The translations under genes and the position numbers were made by a program. The notes under the pieces were generated by a model. That model did no database searches and was not told where the DNA came from. It saw nothing but the letters and a program-made list of their open reading frames with translations. This document shows, one piece after another, positions 29,820 through 40,856 of a DNA stretch of 64,000 nucleotides. Source of the stretch: Nannocystis bainbridge (GTDB lineage Bacteria; Myxococcota_A; Polyangia; Nannocystales; Nannocystaceae); NCBI RefSeq assembly GCF_028368995.1, contig NZ_JAQNDL010000001.1, positions 3,968,001 through 4,032,000 of the forward strand, read 5' to 3'. How positions within the stretch are numbered: the first letter of the stretch is position 1; every line of letters begins with the position of its first letter.

Positions 29820-29821
29820 GG

Positions 29822-30376
29822 TCAGGCCGCCGCCGGTTGGAGTTCGAGACGGAACAGGTCGAAGCCGCCGCGTTCGCGGCCGTGCACGTGCTCGACCGCG
29901 ATCTCCTCGGCGAAGGTGCGCGCCAGGCCCTTCAGCAGCCCGATCACCATCGGCGCCAGGCCCTCGCGGCTCGAGTGATACTCGAGCAAGAGCACCTGCG
30001 GCCCGGCGTCGCGGACCACGAAGCTCGGCGGCCGCAGCTTGGCGAACGTCAGGCCGACGCGCGCGTGCATGTTGTCGAGGTTGGTCACGAATTCGCGCAG
30101 CGTCGCGCCGAACATCGGCAGCAGCTCACCATAACCGTGGCGCGCGGTGAAGAGGATCCAGTGCTCGCCGACCGCCTCGAGCAGCACCGCCGTCGGCGCC
30201 CCGAGCACCTCGCTGGCCGCGGCGACCAGCTTGTACGTGACCTCGTCGGGGTAGGACTCCATCGCCACGAAGCCCGGCGCCTGCACCCCGGCGCGCGCCT
30301 GGATCTGCGCCCACGTCAGCTCGCCGTAGTGCGAGCACACCAGATCCTCGACCGCCTTGTTGACGAGACCGTACAT
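29822..30376 (-). CDS. H-NOX heme NO-binding protein
   Basis: MYGLVNKA start, proximal His in LDNMH, LRPPSF and YxSxR (YHSSR). Confidence 0.93.
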   Translation of the reverse strand: MYGLVNKAVEDLVCSHYGELTWAQIQARAGVQAPGFVAMESYPDEVTYKLVAAASEVLGAPTAVLLEAVGEHWILFTARHGYGELLPMFGATLREFVTNLDNMHARVGLTFAKLRPPSFVVRDAGPQVLLLEYHSSREGLAPMVIGLLKGLARTFAEEIAVEHVHGRERGGFDLFRLELQPAAA

Positions 30377-30487
30377 CCTGTCGCCTCCGCGGACGCACCG
30401 GCGCCCCGCTCGAGTGTCGGTCAAACACGGGCCCCGGGGCAACGCGGGGACGGGCGGGGTGACACGGAGCGAATGTCGCGCCGGGAC

Positions 30488-33079
30488 TCACACCGCGATC
30501 GCGCGGACCGTCACCAAAGGACCCTCGGGGAACCCTTCGCCCCGCAGGTCGACCTCGCCCTCGATGTGCCACAGGTTCTCCTCTTCGGGGTCGACGAGCA
30601 CCTGCGTGACCCGCCAGCGCTGGTCGGCGACCGCCTCGATGCGGGTGTACTTGGGGAACCGGGCCCCGTGGTCGAAGCGCAGCGTCGGGTACTCGGCGTA
30701 GTAGTCCGCCATCGCCTGGGCGAAGCGCTGCGGGGTCCAGGGGTCGTCGGGGTCGGCGCGCGTGCCGACCGCCGCGACCTCGTAGTCGCGTTCGGCGAGC
30801 GCGCGGACCAGCGCGTGCATCTCCGCGCGCACGCGCGCCGCGAACGCCTTGGGATCGGCCGACAGATCGCGCGGCCCGACGGGCGCGGCTTCGCCCTCGA
30901 CCGCCGGCGGGTGCAGCATGCGCTCCCACTCTTGCAAGAGGCTGGTGTCGACGTACTCGAACATCGCCCGCAAGAAGCCGATCACGTCGTGCACCTCGTC
31001 GGTCTTGGCCGCGTCGGGCACCGTCTGCACCAGCAGCTTGTAGGCCTGCATCAAGTAGCGCAGCAGCACGCCCTCGCTGCGCTGCAGCCCGTACTCCTTG
31101 ACGTAGTCGTTGAACGCGACGTAGCGCTCGACCATGTCGCGGACCACCGACTTCGGGCGGATGTTCTCTTGCCCGACCCACGGGTGGATCGCGGTGAACT
31201 CGTTGAAGGTGTCGTAGATGAAGTCGGCCAGCGGCTTCGGGTACGACACCTTCTCGAGCTCGGCCATGCGCTCCTCGTACTCGACGCCGGCCGCCTTGAG
31301 CTCGCCGATCTTCTCCGAGCGGGCGCGGTGCTCCTGCGCCTGCAGCACCACCTGCGGGTTCTCGAGCAGCGACTCGACCAGCGACACCACGTCGAGCGCG
31401 TAGGTCGGCGAGTCCAGCGGCACGCGGCCGAGCGTGTCGAGCAGGTACAGCGACAGCGTGTGGTGGAGCGAGAAGTCCTTCTGCAGGTGCTCGTCGAGCC
31501 GGACTGCCCGGCCGCCGCCGCCGTCCTTGCGCGCGTCGAGCGGCACCAGCTTGACGATGCCCGCCTTGCGCAGCGCCCGGAACAGCGTCGCCGCCTCGCG
31601 CCGGTGGCGGGTCTTGGCCCGCCCCTCGTCGTGCGCCGCCGCGATCAGCTCGATCAGCCGGCGGTAGCCGCCGCCCCACGCGTTGGTGTTGGCCGGCGAC
31701 TGGATCAGGCTCAAGATCATCCCGAACGACACCACGAACCGCGACTGCAGCGGCTCCGGTTCGCGGTCGATGAGCTTCTCGAAGGTCGACTTGTCCCAGG
31801 GGACATATCCCCGCTCGGGCGGCTGCCTGCGCACGAACTTCTTCTTCTTCGTGTCGGCCGCCGCCTTGGCCTCGAGCTTCTTGTTCTCGATCACGTGCTC
31901 CGGCGCCTGACAGACCACGAAGCCCTGGTCGTCGAAGCCCTTGCGCCCGGCCCGCCCGGCGATCTGCTTGAAGTCGCGGGCCCCGAGGATCCGCGTCTGC
32001 TCGCCGTCGTACTTGCAGAGCTTGGTGAACAGCACCGTGCGGATCGGGATGTTGACCCCGACCCCGAGCGTATCGGTGCCGCAGATCACCCGCAGCTTGC
32101 CCTGCTGCGCCAGCTTCTCGACCAGCAGGCGGTACTTCGGCAGCAGCCCCGCGTGGTGGACCCCGACGCCGTGCTTGAGGTAGCCCTGGATCTCCTTGCC
32201 GTACGGCGTGTCGAAGCGGAACCCCGCCATCGCCTCGGCGATCGCCGCCTTCTCCTCGCGCGAGCACAGGTTCGTGCTCATCAGGTTCTGCGCCTCCTCG
32301 GCGGCCTCGCGCTGGGTGAAGCTGACGATGTAGATCGGCGCGCGCCCGCGGTCGAGCAGGTAGCCGATCGTCTCGTGCAGCGGCGTCTCGCGGTACTCGA
32401 AGTCGAGCGGCACCGGCCGGACCGCCGAGCGGACCACCGCGACGTCCTGCTTCGTCAGCCGCTTGAGCCCCTCCTCGACCTTGGTCGTGTCGCCGAGCGT
32501 CGCCGACATCAAAAGGAAGGTCGTGTACGGCAGCGACAGCAGCGGGATCTGCCACGCCATCCCGCGGTCGCGGTCGCCGTAGTAGTGGAACTCGTCGAGC
32601 ACCGCGTCGTCGACCGGCGCCGCCCGCCCGTCGCGCAGCGCCATGTTGGCGAGGATCTCCGCGGTGCAGCACAGGATCGGCGCGTCGCGGTTGACGCTCG
32701 CGTCGCCGGTCATCATGCCGACGCGGTCGGGCCCGAAGTCGCGGCACAGGGCGAAGAACTTCTCGCTGACCAGCGCCTTGATCGGGCTCGTGTACACGCT
32801 CCGGCGCCGGCGGGCCACCGCCGCCAGGTGCATCGCCGTCGCCACCAGCGACTTGCCCGAGCCGGTCGGCGTGTTGAGCACCACGTGCTTGCCGCCGAGG
32901 ATCTCGAGGATCGCCTCCTCCTGCGCCGGGTACAGCTCGAGCCCCGTCTCGGTGACCCAATCGAGGAAGCACTCGAGGATCGCGTCCGACGAGGTGCTCT
33001 TGTCGGGGTGCTCGATCAGCTTGGCCGCGAACTCCCGCAGCGTGCGGGACCCGGCGCCGATGTCGTCGACCGCGCTCAC
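30488..33079 (-). CDS. Ski2-like DEAD/DEAH helicase with C-terminal DUF3516-like region
   Basis: PTGSGKS, SPIKAL, DEFH, SAT, HHAG and [12 protein letters not shown] overlap with the upstream gene. Confidence 0.9.
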   Translation of the reverse strand: MSAVDDIGAGSRTLREFAAKLIEHPDKSTSSDAILECFLDWVTETGLELYPAQEEAILEILGGKHVVLNTPTGSGKSLVATAMHLAAVARRRRSVYTSPIKALVSEKFFALCRDFGPDRVGMMTGDASVNRDAPILCCTAEILANMALRDGRAAPVDDAVLDEFHYYGDRDRGMAWQIPLLSLPYTTFLLMSATLGDTTKVEEGLKRLTKQDVAVVRSAVRPVPLDFEYRETPLHETIGYLLDRGRAPIYIVSFTQREAAEEAQNLMSTNLCSREEKAAIAEAMAGFRFDTPYGKEIQGYLKHGVGVHHAGLLPKYRLLVEKLAQQGKLRVICGTDTLGVGVNIPIRTVLFTKLCKYDGEQTRILGARDFKQIAGRAGRKGFDDQGFVVCQAPEHVIENKKLEAKAAADTKKKKFVRRQPPERGYVPWDKSTFEKLIDREPEPLQSRFVVSFGMILSLIQSPANTNAWGGGYRRLIELIAAAHDEGRAKTRHRREAATLFRALRKAGIVKLVPLDARKDGGGGRAVRLDEHLQKDFSLHHTLSLYLLDTLGRVPLDSPTYALDVVSLVESLLENPQVVLQAQEHRARSEKIGELKAAGVEYEERMAELEKVSYPKPLADFIYDTFNEFTAIHPWVGQENIRPKSVVRDMVERYVAFNDYVKEYGLQRSEGVLLRYLMQAYKLLVQTVPDAAKTDEVHDVIGFLRAMFEYVDTSLLQEWERMLHPPAVEGEAAPVGPRDLSADPKAFAARVRAEMHALVRALAERDYEVAAVGTRADPDDPWTPQRFAQAMADYYAEYPTLRFDHGARFPKYTRIEAVADQRWRVTQVLVDPEEENLWHIEGEVDLRGEGFPEGPLVTVRAIAV

Positions 33080-34860
33080 TGCGGCAAGATCTCGCCGGCG
33101 AGCGGGTAAGAGGGGCGGATGTCGACCGGGATGTTGCCCAGCTTGTCGAGCGCGGCCTGCAGCAGCGGCGTGATCTTGCCGTACTCCTCGAGCAGCTTGT
33201 CGGCCGCCGCCTTGTCGCCGCTGTGCTGGATCAGGCAGATGTCGCGCACCAGCTCGGAGATCGCCGTCTCGAGCTTGGCGAGGTCGACCTTGAACTTGCC
33301 GCTCGAGCTCTCGGGCATCACGGCCCCGGCCGCGAGGAAGCGGTTCAGCTGCAGCGCCGCCCCGCGCCCGTGCGCCTCGGCCACGCCGAAGCGGGCGCTG
33401 CGGAACAGCCCGGCGAAGTACGACAGCAGCACCTTGTCCTTCAGCTCGGCCGCGAGCTCGCCCTTCTCGATCATGTAGAGCACGTTGTAAGCGCCCATCA
33501 CGTCGGCCTTGGCCTCCTCGAGCGGCGAATAGCTGGCCTCGAGCGCGACCCGGACGTCGACCTTGGCGGCCTTCTTGCCGTCCTTGTCCTTGGCCGCGTC
33601 GCCGCCGACGAACGCCGGCCCGAGGCTGTGCGACAGCTCGTGGAACAGCACCTGCAGGAAGAACGCCTCGCCCGACAGCGACGCGACGTGATCGGCGTGC
33701 AGCACCTCGTTGCCGATCGGGCGCATGATCGCCTCGAATTTGGTCTGGATCAGGTTGCGCAGCAGGACCTTCTTGGCGCCCTTCTCGGCCCGGACGCGCT
33801 CGTCGTTGGGCAGGTTGAACGCGATCGTCTGCACCGACTTGCGCGCGTCGCCGGCCGAGAACACCAGGTCGACCACGCGGATCGGGCTCTCGCTGCCGCG
33901 CTTCGTCTTGATGTCGTCGGGGATCGGCAGGTGCTGCTCCATCTCCGGCAGGTACTTCTTGTACTTGGCCAGCTCGGCCGAGGCCTTGGGGTCGCTGACG
34001 GTGACGAAGGCCTCGAACGCGGCCTTGAGCCCGAGCAGCTCGTCCTCGTAGGTCTCGTAGGGCCCGATGGTGATCTCGACCAGGCTGTCGAGGTCCATCC
34101 AGTCCTTGTCCGACTGATAATAGTCGTCGGAGCGGAACGCCTGCGCGCGCGAGCGCAGGAACTTCGTCAGCGACCGATTCTTCGTCAGCTTGGCCGCGTC
34201 CTCGAGCGCCTTGGCGGCCGGGCCCAACCACTCGCCGTACTCGGCGCTGTAGGGCCGCGCCTCGAGCTTGTCACCGACGCGGGCGATCACCGTGGTCAGG
34301 CTCTCGAACGCCGCCCTGTCCTCCGGGTGATCGGCGACCCACTTCTTGAAGGCGTCGGCGCTGAGGTCCTCGGGATAAAAACCACCGCCCGCGGGGTGCG
34401 GCTGCGTGGTCGCGAACGGGGCGTAGTGCGCCTGTCGGTCCCACGGCCCGCGCATCACCGTGAAGTAGTCGAGCTTGATGACCCCGAGCTCGCTGGTGTC
34501 CTTCTCGAGCTCCGCCCGCAGCGCCGGGTTGCCGGCCCACGCCTGGCGGTCGAAGATCGGGTCCATCAGCCGCGCCGCCTCGATCAGCTTGTCGAGCGCC
34601 GCCTTCTCCGCCGGCGGCAGCGCCGACACGTCGGTCGTCAGCGGCGAAGTCACGAACTGATCGATCTTCGCGCGCAGCAGCTCGGCCTGGGTCGGCGGCT
34701 TCACCTCCGGCTGCTTCGGCGCCGGCTTCGCCGGCTTGGCCGGCTTCACCGCCTCGTCCTCGGCCTCCTCCGCCGGGGCCCTGTCGCTCTTGCTCACGTC
34801 GGGGTTCTGGCACGCGGCGAGCGCGAGCGCCACGAAGATGGTCGAGCGGACAGGCGGCAT
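33076..34860 (-). CDS. Peptidase M49 (dipeptidyl peptidase III-like) lipoprotein
   Basis: LAAC lipobox, [20 protein letters not shown] and EEAKAD. Confidence 0.88.
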   Translation of the reverse strand: MPPVRSTIFVALALAACQNPDVSKSDRAPAEEAEDEAVKPAKPAKPAPKQPEVKPPTQAELLRAKIDQFVTSPLTTDVSALPPAEKAALDKLIEAARLMDPIFDRQAWAGNPALRAELEKDTSELGVIKLDYFTVMRGPWDRQAHYAPFATTQPHPAGGGFYPEDLSADAFKKWVADHPEDRAAFESLTTVIARVGDKLEARPYSAEYGEWLGPAAKALEDAAKLTKNRSLTKFLRSRAQAFRSDDYYQSDKDWMDLDSLVEITIGPYETYEDELLGLKAAFEAFVTVSDPKASAELAKYKKYLPEMEQHLPIPDDIKTKRGSESPIRVVDLVFSAGDARKSVQTIAFNLPNDERVRAEKGAKKVLLRNLIQTKFEAIMRPIGNEVLHADHVASLSGEAFFLQVLFHELSHSLGPAFVGGDAAKDKDGKKAAKVDVRVALEASYSPLEEAKADVMGAYNVLYMIEKGELAAELKDKVLLSYFAGLFRSARFGVAEAHGRGAALQLNRFLAAGAVMPESSSGKFKVDLAKLETAISELVRDICLIQHSGDKAAADKLLEEYGKITPLLQAALDKLGNIPVDIRPSYPLAGEILPQ

Positions 34861-34979
34861 GGGGCCGCAGGATACACTTCGCGCCCCGCCCCGTCGAGCG
34901 CACCCCAGCGACTCGTCAGCGACTTCTCGGGCCACGCGCGCCGCCCGTCGTGCGCGCAGCGGGTACGCCGGCGTCGCTG

Positions 34980-36017
34980 TTACTCGGACTTCGCCCCGTC
35001 GAGCGCGCGCCACAGGAACGGCAGCGACACGTCGAGGCGGTAGCTGGTATTCGAATGGTCGTCGGGGAACTCCTCGTACGTGTGCGCGATGCCCAGCGCG
35101 CTCAGCCGCCGCACCAGCGCGCGCGCGCCGAAGTGGGCCATGTATTGATCGCGCGAGCCGGCGTCGATGAAGAGCCCGTGCAGCCGCCGCAGGTTGGCCT
35201 GCACCTCCGGCGCCTCGACCATGCGCAGCGGGTCCCAGCGCAGCCAGCGGGCCCACGCCTCGGCGTCGAGCTCGCACGTGTGCGGGTCGACCGGCAAGCG
35301 CACGCCCATGAACGCGGAGGGGTCGGGGTCGTAGGTGGCCGCCATCGCCAACAGCATCAGCGGCAGGTGATCGCCGCCGCCCCACTTCGGCGCCGCCGCG
35401 AACGCTTTTAAAAAGCCCTCGACCCCGCCGTGGCGCTGCAGCGCCGTCAGCAGCTTGGGGAAATCTGGCCGATAGACCAGGTCGAAGTTGCAGTCGCCGG
35501 CGTGACAGCCGACCGCCCCCCACACGTCGGCGCGGCGCATGCCGTGGACCAGCGCCCCGTAGCCCCCGCTCGAGTGGCCGAACAGCGCCCGCCCCGCGCG
35601 CCCGGGCTCGATCCGGAACTCCCGCTCGAGCCGCCGCGGCAGGTCCTCGGCCAAGAAATCCTCCCACAGCCCGAGCGCGCTCGAGTTGATGTACTGATTG
35701 CCACCGAGCGCCGTGAAGCAATCGGGGAACACGCCGATCACCGGCCCCATCGCCCCGCTGGCGATCAGCCGATCGAGCCGCTGCGGCATCGACTCGCCGA
35801 ACCCGGTCCACCCGAGCCGCTTGAGCCCCGAGCTGCTGTACCCCGCCAGATCGACGAAGATCGGGTAGCGCTCGTGCCCGCGCTCGTAGCCCTCGGGCAA
35901 GTACACCGCGACCGCCCGCGACGGCGGATCGCCGACCACGTTGGCCGCCAGCGCCGGCGAATCGATCTCGAGATGGACGGTGGTGCCGCGCGGCTGAGCG
36001 TAGTTGTGGATCGGCAT
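34980..36017 (-). CDS. Alpha/beta hydrolase, enterochelin esterase-like
   Basis: VYLPEGY, GGNQYINS, GHSSGG nucleophile motif and EEFPDDH. Confidence 0.88.
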   Translation of the reverse strand: MPIHNYAQPRGTTVHLEIDSPALAANVVGDPPSRAVAVYLPEGYERGHERYPIFVDLAGYSSSGLKRLGWTGFGESMPQRLDRLIASGAMGPVIGVFPDCFTALGGNQYINSSALGLWEDFLAEDLPRRLEREFRIEPGRAGRALFGHSSGGYGALVHGMRRADVWGAVGCHAGDCNFDLVYRPDFPKLLTALQRHGGVEGFLKAFAAAPKWGGGDHLPLMLLAMAATYDPDPSAFMGVRLPVDPHTCELDAEAWARWLRWDPLRMVEAPEVQANLRRLHGLFIDAGSRDQYMAHFGARALVRRLSALGIAHTYEEFPDDHSNTSYRLDVSLPFLWRALDGAKSE

Positions 36018-36170
36018 GTCGTTGCGCGCGGGAGCATACACCGCTCGGCTCGCGGCTCCGCCCGCCCGCTCGCGCTCGTCCGCGCAGCGAGCCCGTAGGC
36101 CGCGCACGGCCGCGCCACGCCCCGGAGCCGCGGTTGACAAGCTTCCGACGATCATGAGACCGTTTGCGCG

Positions 36171-37040
36171 ATGTCGCGCATTCAGGCCCTGCTGCCCGCC
36201 GCCCTGCTGCTGACCGGCTGCGTCGCACCTGGCCTGAAGTACATCCCGATGACCTCTTCGTCCACGGGCGACAGCGACTCGACGACCACCACCGATGGTG
36301 AGAGCAGCTCGACGAGCGGCCCGATCATGACGACCACCGAGGACGAGGGCACCGGCGCCGCGTCGCACTCCGGCACGACCTCGACCGGCACCGAGCCCGA
36401 TACGAGTAGCACCACCATGACCACCGACGACGGCAACCCCGTGTGCGGCGACGGCGTCGTCGACGGCGACGAGGAGTGCGACGACGGCAACGACGTCGCG
36501 GGCGACCGCTGCCACGCCTGCGCCAAGAACCGCTGGATCTTCGCCACGGCCGCGCTTCACAACGACCCCACCTGGGGCGGCGTCGAGGGTGCCGACAGCC
36601 TGTGCCGGCAATACGCGCTCCAGAGCGGCCGCGCCGACGACTCGTGGAAGACCTTCATCGCCTGGATGTCCGACGCCGACCACGACGTGCGCGACCGCCT
36701 CTACCCGGGCCGCGGCCGCTACGTGCGCACCGACGGCGTCGTCGTCGTCGCCTCGGTCGAGCAGTTCTTCTCGGGCTCGATCGACGCCCCGATCAACGTC
36801 GACGAGCACGACAACCAGGACCTTTTTGGCGCCGTCGTCACCGGCACCAAACCCGACGGTACGGCCGCACCTGGCACGCATTGCGAGAACTGGACCGTGG
36901 AGAAGCTCTCCGACTTCTCAGCCCACATCGGCTTCGTCACGGAGACCGACGAGCGCTGGACGATGGAACCCGATCCCCAATTCAATCCCGTGCGCTGCAT
37001 CGGCCTCAACGCCCGATTCTATTGCATCGAGGGTGAATGA
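36171..37040 (+). CDS. Lipoprotein with myxobacterial Cys-rich repeat and DUF1554/endostatin-like domain
   Basis: LTGC lipobox, CGDGVVDGDEECDDGN, GADSLC..FIAWMSD and a FYCIE end. Confidence 0.8.
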   Translation: MSRIQALLPAALLLTGCVAPGLKYIPMTSSSTGDSDSTTTTDGESSSTSGPIMTTTEDEGTGAASHSGTTSTGTEPDTSSTTMTTDDGNPVCGDGVVDGDEECDDGNDVAGDRCHACAKNRWIFATAALHNDPTWGGVEGADSLCRQYALQSGRADDSWKTFIAWMSDADHDVRDRLYPGRGRYVRTDGVVVVASVEQFFSGSIDAPINVDEHDNQDLFGAVVTGTKPDGTAAPGTHCENWTVEKLSDFSAHIGFVTETDERWTMEPDPQFNPVRCIGLNARFYCIEGE

Positions 37041-38146
37041 ACATGCGACCCGAAATTTTCCTCGTCGGACTGGCGACCGTATTCATGGCAACAGCATGCA
37101 CCGACGACCCGCTGGTCTCGATGCCAGCCTCGGACGGAGGGAGCGGTTCGCAGACCTCCTTCGAGCCGCCGTCTTCCACGTCCGAGACCACCGCGGAGCC
37201 ACCGATCACCAGTACCCTCCCGACGACGGGCTCCGCCTCGACTGGCGAGCTCACCGCAACCAGCGGGCCTGACGGCTCGATCTGCGGCGACGGCGTCGTC
37301 GGCGAAGAGGAGCAGTGCGACCTCGGCGAGGCCAACGCCAACGCGGGCGCTTGCACGCTCGAGTGCAAGCTCGCCTCGTGCGGCGACGGCCTCGTCCAGG
37401 AGGGCATCGAGCAGTGCGACTTCGGCCTCGGCAACGACGACTCCTACGATGGCTGCCTCGATTGTGCCTTCGGCCCTCGATGCGGCGACGGGCTGCTCCA
37501 GGCCGAGCATGAGATTTGCGACCGGGGCGCTCTCAACGGCACGGGCGTCACGGACGACGAGCTCGCCCCGTGCTCCCTCGTCTGTGGGTACTTTGGTCGA
37601 TTGCTTTTCATCACCAGCCAGCAGTACTCGGGCAACCTCGGCGGTGTCTCTGGCGCCGACCTGAAGTGCCAGGCCGCTGCTGCGGCTGCCGGCTTGGAGC
37701 ACGCCCATACCTACCGCGCCTGGCTGAGCGACAATTTTCAGGCTCCAGAGACTCGCTTCGACCAGTGGGAACTGCCGGGAGTACCCGTCATCCTCCCCGG
37801 CGGAGTCGTCGTCGCCGACGACTTGGCCGACCTGGTCGGCAATGGCCCGCACACGGGAATCGCCCGCACCGAGCTCGGCGATTCTGTGTTCAACCGGCCA
37901 GTATGGACCAATACATCGGCGTTCGGCGAGATCTTCAGCATCGATGATCACTGCGAGAACTGGCTCGCCGCCGACATCATGCTGGTGGCCCGTCGCGGCT
38001 TCAACGCGCTTGTCCTCGAGCAAGGCGTCGACTGGGACCTCTGGCGAGCCGAACGCTGGTGGACCAGCTTCGAGACCTCGCAGTGCAAGCAGCTCGCCCA
38101 CCTCTACTGCATCGACGACGGCTTCGTCCTCGAGCAAGAGCGCTGA
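37037..38146 (+). CDS. Lipoprotein with three CGDG repeats and DUF1554/endostatin-like domain
   Basis: ATGA overlap, ATAC lipobox, three CGDG repeats, GADLKCQ..YRAWLSD and LYCID. Confidence 0.8.
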   Translation: MNMRPEIFLVGLATVFMATACTDDPLVSMPASDGGSGSQTSFEPPSSTSETTAEPPITSTLPTTGSASTGELTATSGPDGSICGDGVVGEEEQCDLGEANANAGACTLECKLASCGDGLVQEGIEQCDFGLGNDDSYDGCLDCAFGPRCGDGLLQAEHEICDRGALNGTGVTDDELAPCSLVCGYFGRLLFITSQQYSGNLGGVSGADLKCQAAAAAAGLEHAHTYRAWLSDNFQAPETRFDQWELPGVPVILPGGVVVADDLADLVGNGPHTGIARTELGDSVFNRPVWTNTSAFGEIFSIDDHCENWLAADIMLVARRGFNALVLEQGVDWDLWRAERWWTSFETSQCKQLAHLYCIDDGFVLEQER

Positions 38147-38446
38147 GCCCGAGCCGCATCGGTCCGCGACGCTCGCCCCCTCTGCGTCGCGGTGAGAATC
38201 AGCCACCCGACCGGGCCTCGCGAGGTCTGCGGCCCCGCCGAATCCTCCAACGGGCAGAGCAAGCACAGCCGCGGCCGCGGCTCCTCGACGCTTCGCCCTC
38301 GCTTCGCCGCGGATCCCCGGCGTTGAACGTCGCTTGGGAGGCTCTCGCCCCGCTCGCCCGTCATTTTTTCCTCCCCCACGCGACCCGACTCACGTCCCGG
38401 TCTGTCCCGCTCGCAGCTTCCGCGGTTTACCCTCGCGCCGCTCCTC

Positions 38447-38935
38447 ATGGCGCGCACACCTCGGCTCACCCGTTCGCCTGCTCGAGAGCTGCGGCTCGGC
38501 GTCAAGTTGCGGGTCATCTACGCCGACACCGACCAGATGGGCGTCGTTTACCACGGCACCTACGCGCGCTACCTCGAGGCGGCGCGGGTCGAGTACATGC
38601 GGGACGCCGGGCAGACCTACGCCGACGTCGAGGCCGCCGGGTTCGCCTTGCCGCTGACCGACCTGCAGATCAGCTACCTCTCGCCGGCGCGTTACGACGA
38701 CATCCTCTCGATCATGGTCGGCGTCGTCGAGATCGGCTACGCGCGGCTCATCCTCGGCTACCAGGTGCTCGTCGCTGCTGGCGATCGCAAGGGCCTGGAG
38801 CAGCCGTTGACCCTCGCCTTCGCCGAGACTTGCCACTGTTGCATCGCCCGCGCCGATGGGCGCCCGGCGCGTTTTCCTGGCCCGCTGCGGGCCGCCCTCG
38901 CCAACCTGGCCCCCGAGCCAGAAGGAGACGACTGA
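38447..38935 (+). CDS. YbgC/FadM family acyl-CoA thioesterase
   Basis: RVIYADTDQMGVVYHGTY..EAARVE and PARYDD. Confidence 0.9.
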   Translation: MARTPRLTRSPARELRLGVKLRVIYADTDQMGVVYHGTYARYLEAARVEYMRDAGQTYADVEAAGFALPLTDLQISYLSPARYDDILSIMVGVVEIGYARLILGYQVLVAAGDRKGLEQPLTLAFAETCHCCIARADGRPARFPGPLRAALANLAPEPEGDD

Positions 38936-38936
38936 C

Positions 38937-39899
38937 ATGGACCGCACCCTCGTGCTCGAGTACACCCGCGTCACCGAGGCCGCCGCGATCGCCGCCTCGA
39001 CCATGATCGGTCGGGGCGACCGCAACGGCGCCGACGCGGCCGCCGTCAAGGCCATGCGCGAGGCGTTCGAGCGCGTCGCGGCGCGCGGCACCATCGTCAT
39101 CGGCGAGGGCGAGCGCGACGAGGCGCCCATGCTCTACATCGGCGAGAAGGTCGGCCCCTCCGACCCTTCGCTGCCCGAGGTCGACATCGCCGTCGACCCG
39201 CTCGAGGGCACCAACCTGTGCGCCAACGGCTTGCCCGGGGCGATCACCGTGCTCGCCGTCACCGACCGCGGCCTGCTCCTCAACGCCCCTGACTGCTACA
39301 TGATGAAGATCGCCTGCGGCCCCGAGGGTCGCGGCAAGATCTCGCTGTCGAAGTCGCCGCGCGACAACCTCTACACCCTCGCCGCCGCCAAGGGTCGCCG
39401 GCCCGACGAGCTCACCGTCGTCGTGCTCGACCGGCCGCGCCACGAGAACCTCGTCACCGAGCTGCGTGAGGCCGGCGCTCGCATTCACTTGATCACCGAC
39501 GGCGACGTCGCCCCCGTGGTCGCCACCTGCATCCCCAAGAGCGGCATCGACATGGTGTACGGCATCGGCGGCGCGCCCGAGGGCGTGCTCGGGGCTGCGG
39601 CGATCCACTGCATGGGCGGCGAGTTCATCGGCAAGCTGGTGTTCCGCTCCGACGACGAGCGTCAGCGGGCGATCGCCATGGGGCACAAAGACCCCGACCG
39701 CGTGTTCGGCGTCGAGGATCTGGTCCGGGGCGACGTCATCTTCGTCGCCACCGGCGTCACCGGGGGCCCCCTGCTGAAAGGTGTGCGACGAATCGGTGAT
39801 CGCATGCACCTGCAAAGCCTGGCCATCCGCAGCAAGACTGGCACAATACGGTGGGTCGACACCTCGGTCGACGCACTCCGCTTCCTGAGCGAGCACTGA
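38937..39899 (+). CDS. glpX: Class II fructose-1,6-bisphosphatase
   Basis: VIGEGERDEAPML, DPLEGT, DRPRH, DGDV, GGAPEGV and ATGVT. Confidence 0.96.
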   Translation: MDRTLVLEYTRVTEAAAIAASTMIGRGDRNGADAAAVKAMREAFERVAARGTIVIGEGERDEAPMLYIGEKVGPSDPSLPEVDIAVDPLEGTNLCANGLPGAITVLAVTDRGLLLNAPDCYMMKIACGPEGRGKISLSKSPRDNLYTLAAAKGRRPDELTVVVLDRPRHENLVTELREAGARIHLITDGDVAPVVATCIPKSGIDMVYGIGGAPEGVLGAAAIHCMGGEFIGKLVFRSDDERQRAIAMGHKDPDRVFGVEDLVRGDVIFVATGVTGGPLLKGVRRIGDRMHLQSLAIRSKTGTIRWVDTSVDALRFLSEH

Positions 39900-39904
39900 G
39901 CCAC

Positions 39905-40849
39905 ATGTCCTTCAAGACCTGTCTCTTCGTCACCGCCCTGGCCCTGCCCGGGCTCCTCCTCGGCTGCGGCGACCCGGCCCCGGGGGGCACCACGGGCGGG
40001 ACCGACGACACGACCGACACCGGCTCGTCGAGCGGCCCCGGCACCAGCCTCACCGAGCCGACCACCACCGAATCGGTGATGACCTCGGACACCCTCACCA
40101 CGAACACCACGGACGTGCCCGATGGTTGTGGCGACGGCGTGAAGAACGGCGAAGAGAGCGACATCGACTGCGGCGGCACCTGCAGCCCGTGCGGCGGCGG
40201 CCTCGCCTGCGACGAGGACGTCGACTGCAGCTCGGACAACTGCGACGCCGGGACCTGCGTGGCGCTGCCCGCCAGCTGCATGCAGCTGCTCGACGCCAAG
40301 CCCGACCTGCCGAGCGGCACCTACCCGCTCGACCCTGACGGCGACGGCACCGCGGCCGATTTCTACTGCGACATGGACCCCGAGAGCCCCGGCTGGACGC
40401 AGGTGTTCGCGGCCGGCGGCGAGGGCACCTGGACCCCCGAGGTCGAGGGCGCCTGCGGCGACCTCGGCGCCATGATGGGCCCGTTCGGCATGGGCGACGT
40501 GCTCCTGCTCGCCACCACCGCCGCCGCCGTCCCGCACAAGCAGCTGCGCGTGGTCGCCGAGGCGGTCGTGATGGACTCGTGGGACGCCTTCAACGGCGAG
40601 CAGCTGCTCATCAAGCTCGACGACGTCGACATCTTCTCGCACCTGTGCGACTCGGCCTCGCCGTTCAGCTGCAACCAGGACGAGGACGCCTGCGGCAGCG
40701 GCGGCGTCGGCGACGGCGTGTTGCCGATCGCCACCGACCCGGCCACGCACGAGGGCGACGCCATCGCCCTCAGCTTCACCAGCAACCTCGACGAGCCCAT
40801 CGAAGACGAGTCGTGGGGCATCCGCGACGTCGCGGTGTTCGTCAAGTAG
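39905..40849 (+). CDS. Cys-rich lipoprotein with fibrinogen-like YCDM motif
   Basis: LLGC lipobox, DGVKNGEESDIDCGG and SGTY..DPDG..FYCDM..GWT. Confidence 0.78.
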   Translation: MSFKTCLFVTALALPGLLLGCGDPAPGGTTGGTDDTTDTGSSSGPGTSLTEPTTTESVMTSDTLTTNTTDVPDGCGDGVKNGEESDIDCGGTCSPCGGGLACDEDVDCSSDNCDAGTCVALPASCMQLLDAKPDLPSGTYPLDPDGDGTAADFYCDMDPESPGWTQVFAAGGEGTWTPEVEGACGDLGAMMGPFGMGDVLLLATTAAAVPHKQLRVVAEAVVMDSWDAFNGEQLLIKLDDVDIFSHLCDSASPFSCNQDEDACGSGGVGDGVLPIATDPATHEGDAIALSFTSNLDEPIEDESWGIRDVAVFVK

Positions 40850-40856
40850 CGCCCGC

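Noticed and set aside
35398-35420. AT-rich near-palindrome GCTTTTAAAAAGC and scattered CAATTG patches in CDS
   Set aside because: No consistent consensus could be established by eye.
36171-38146. Diversity-generating retroelement targets (lectin-like fold)
   Set aside because: No reverse transcriptase or template repeat was seen in the window.
38104-38445. Small minus-strand ORF or ncRNA in the gap before the thioesterase
   Set aside because: Composition is shadow-like and no RNA family motif is recognisable.
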